DNA from: Savitreella phatthalungensis
Lineage: Eukaryota
NCBI GenBank assembly: GCA_051599415.1
Contig: AP039689.1
Coordinates: 124,001-188,000 of the forward strand
Direction of reading: 5' to 3'
Length of the DNA stretch: 64,000 nt
How positions within the stretch are numbered: the first letter of the stretch is position 1; the number at the start of each line of letters is the position of its first letter. Below, piece after piece: positions 61,963 to 64,000 of the stretch. Below the pieces are notes generated by a model. The model was not told where the DNA came from, made no database searches, and worked only from the letters and a program-made list of their open reading frames with translations. Made by a program: the position numbers and the translations under genes.

Positions 61963-63317
61963 CAAATCACACTGCAGTCATGCACTTGACCAAGTCACAT
62001 GTGCTGGTACCAGCTCCTCTACGGGTCATTCGATCATTTGAGGATCGATATACGATATAGTCCAGGCTGTTTAGGTGGATTCAGTATGGCGTTTTCCTCG
62101 TTTCAATTATTGTTCGTGCGGGTACAGATCAAAGAAGGGTTGACTTTTTTAAAAACCATTCATCACTCACGCTCTCTTCTCCATCGATGCAGTGTGAGAG
62201 TATACTGTATGTATATGTGTGTATGCATATGAGGATGATGTGCTGGACGGTAATGGGCACGGGGTCAGTGACAGCTGGCTGATCATATAGCTGAAGCAAC
62301 TGTGCTAGAACTCACGCAGCTAGGTCTGTATCCCTAAGTACAAAATGTTTCATCCTTTGGCCATGCTACACTAGACGGCGCGTGCGCACGTTTCCTGTTC
62401 ACCCGAGATAGTTCGAAGGGATGGCTAGATCCGAAGGGGTCTATAGTCTATTCGATCGGATCTCAATCAACTTGAGCAGTCGGCTGGTCATATGGAGTTG
62501 GGAGGATTTACGAGGATATCAAATTTGAATATCTTGCTCGACTGAACTAGAGTGCCTTGAGTGGCTCCGCTTTCCAAGTCTACGTACGAGCTGTATACAG
62601 CACTCGTATCCGAGAACAAACTTGCAGAACTGAAGCTTCAGGTGATGTGACCTTTCCGAGGATGAATTCGAAACCATTGATCAAGGGCTTTTTTCTATAT
62701 TGATCACTCGCTCGATCTATCCCGACAGACCAAAATTCGATTTGATATTCCGAGTCCCGAATCATCCCCGCATGGTAAGCAGCTGATCAAGTATTCGAAG
62801 ATCATGAGCCATGCATCTGTAGCTCCTACTACTAGCTCACCCATACTTTACGGATGGTTTCGTATGGTCAGCATTCGTCGCCGTCAACGAGGCTGATTGT
62901 TCGTCTTCGTGATTCGAGAGATGTGCCGTCTCCTACAGGGTCTGCTCCAGAGATATCCTTCCGGAGCTCCGAAGCAGCCACATAATCACATAGCGAGCCG
63001 AACCAATAAGTTATGTGACAAATACACTTCCAGACATGCTCACGGCGTACAAAGTCGCGCAGTACGTGCCAACCGCCCTTGCTGCCACTCCATTGAAAAT
63101 GACAAGCTCTCCGACGCGTCTCTGTAAATTGTGGCGCGCGGCGCGTCTTAATCCACAGATCGATCGACCACTCAGATCACGTGCAGAAACACGTGACGAC
63201 ACCTCATCAGCGAGATCTGTGTCGCGTCTCCAAAGGGAATAGATACAGTGTGCTTGGTGATCGTTCATTCTTGCTTTGTGGTCATGTTGCTACACTAGAT
63301 GTCGTTCGTTTCCTTAC

Positions 63318-64000
63318 TCATAGACTCGACTTGTCTTCTGGCTCGACGCTTGCTCTTGGTGACAGATACGCGTGTGCTCCATCGTCATCCAGGATATCGT
63401 CAGGTCCGTAGTCATCCCGGTTATCGTGATCATCATACCTAGCAGTGTCATAGGAATGATCCTCGGCGAACCCACTTGAGTCACTCATACTCCTACTCCG
63501 CTGCCGGCCAGCCTTCCCGCCGGTTGCCGGACTGCCATCGTCCAACGATGGAAATCCAAGACCCAGACCCTCGAGATCCTCCCTGCTATAGCCCACAAAC
63601 CGGTTGCTCGTCGATGGCGTCATGACAGGTCTGGCGATTTGGTCGACTGGGAATGGATGAGCTGGTGCCGAGGCGAATCTGAAATGGTCGCGAAGGCGCT
63701 GTCCGTAGGTAGGCTGCCTTCGGTGGGTGAAGGTCTGAGCGGCCTGGTTGTTCGGGGATGACGGTTCGCTCTGAGAGATCACACCACCGCCTCTCGCTAG
63801 AGCCCGCTGCAGGTGCTGCGATAGATCCACTGTCGCACCTCGACCGGTGAAGACCAGGGCTAGGAGGACGAGCGTCAGGAGAGTCTGGAAGATGCCGAGT
63901 CGTTTGAAAAAGACAAGTTCCTCGTGGAGCACATCTACACGGAAACTCGTTCGCTCGAGATCGAGCTCGTGTCTGCGTCGTGTGCCTTCCATCTTGCTGA
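63318..64000 (-). CDS. SLP1: C-terminus of a SUN-like ER membrane protein (Slp1); 5' end lies outside the window
   Basis: RVDVLHEELVFFKRLGIFQTLLTLVLLALVFTGRG matches the coiled-coil/TM junction of fungal Slp1. The SUN domain itself is not in the window. Confidence 0.6.
   Translation of the reverse strand, partial: SKMEGTRRRHELDLERTSFRVDVLHEELVFFKRLGIFQTLLTLVLLALVFTGRGATVDLSQHLQRALARGGGVISQSEPSSPNNQAAQTFTHRRQPTYGQRLRDHFRFASAPAHPFPVDQIARPVMTPSTSNRFVGYSREDLEGLGLGFPSLDDGSPATGGKAGRQRSRSMSDSSGFAEDHSYDTARYDDHDNRDDYGPDDILDDDGAHAYLSPRASVEPEDKSSL

Noticed and set aside
61999..62232. Small ORF ending YMCVCI*, resembling a CaaX lipopeptide pheromone
   Set aside because: The ending comes from a TG/TA low-complexity run and the rest does not resemble a pheromone precursor.
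1..64000. tRNA, rRNA, snoRNA genes and CRISPR arrays
   Set aside because: No cloverleaf, rRNA or repeat-spacer pattern seen. Isolated TGATGA/CTGA boxes lacked support. A covariance-model scan could still find small RNAs.

Overview
A compact, gene-dense fungal (ascomycete) chromosome segment. Protein style suggests an early-diverging, Taphrinomycotina-like yeast, but this is inference only. About 29 protein-coding genes are supported. Genome maintenance and cell cycle: RAD2/XPG (partial), a G1 cyclin, SRS2, an FHA-kinase (MEK1-like) and INO80. RNA and ribosome functions: NOP7, UTP4, CFT2 and eIF4E. Mitochondrial: RIM1, SYM1, BOL1, COA3, SAM37, UGA2/SSADH and MIC60. Others: VMA12, a secreted GH37 trehalase, SLP1 (partial) and several accessory genes (FAD monooxygenase, CMD/AhpD-like, ABM-barrel-like, SET, EcKinase-like, TLC). 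Only one clear intron was found, in the MEK1-like kinase. The most unusual items are an orphan 7-TM GPCR-like protein with a possible upstream exon, an ~8.3 kb ORF-free interval with a dense ACGCGW (MCB-like) cluster and a C28 tract, a ~1.1 kb AUG-free cyclin leader, and a dual-start SSADH beside a G4-type (GGGTGTGT)10 array. No tRNA, rRNA, CRISPR array or recognisable transposon was found by eye.
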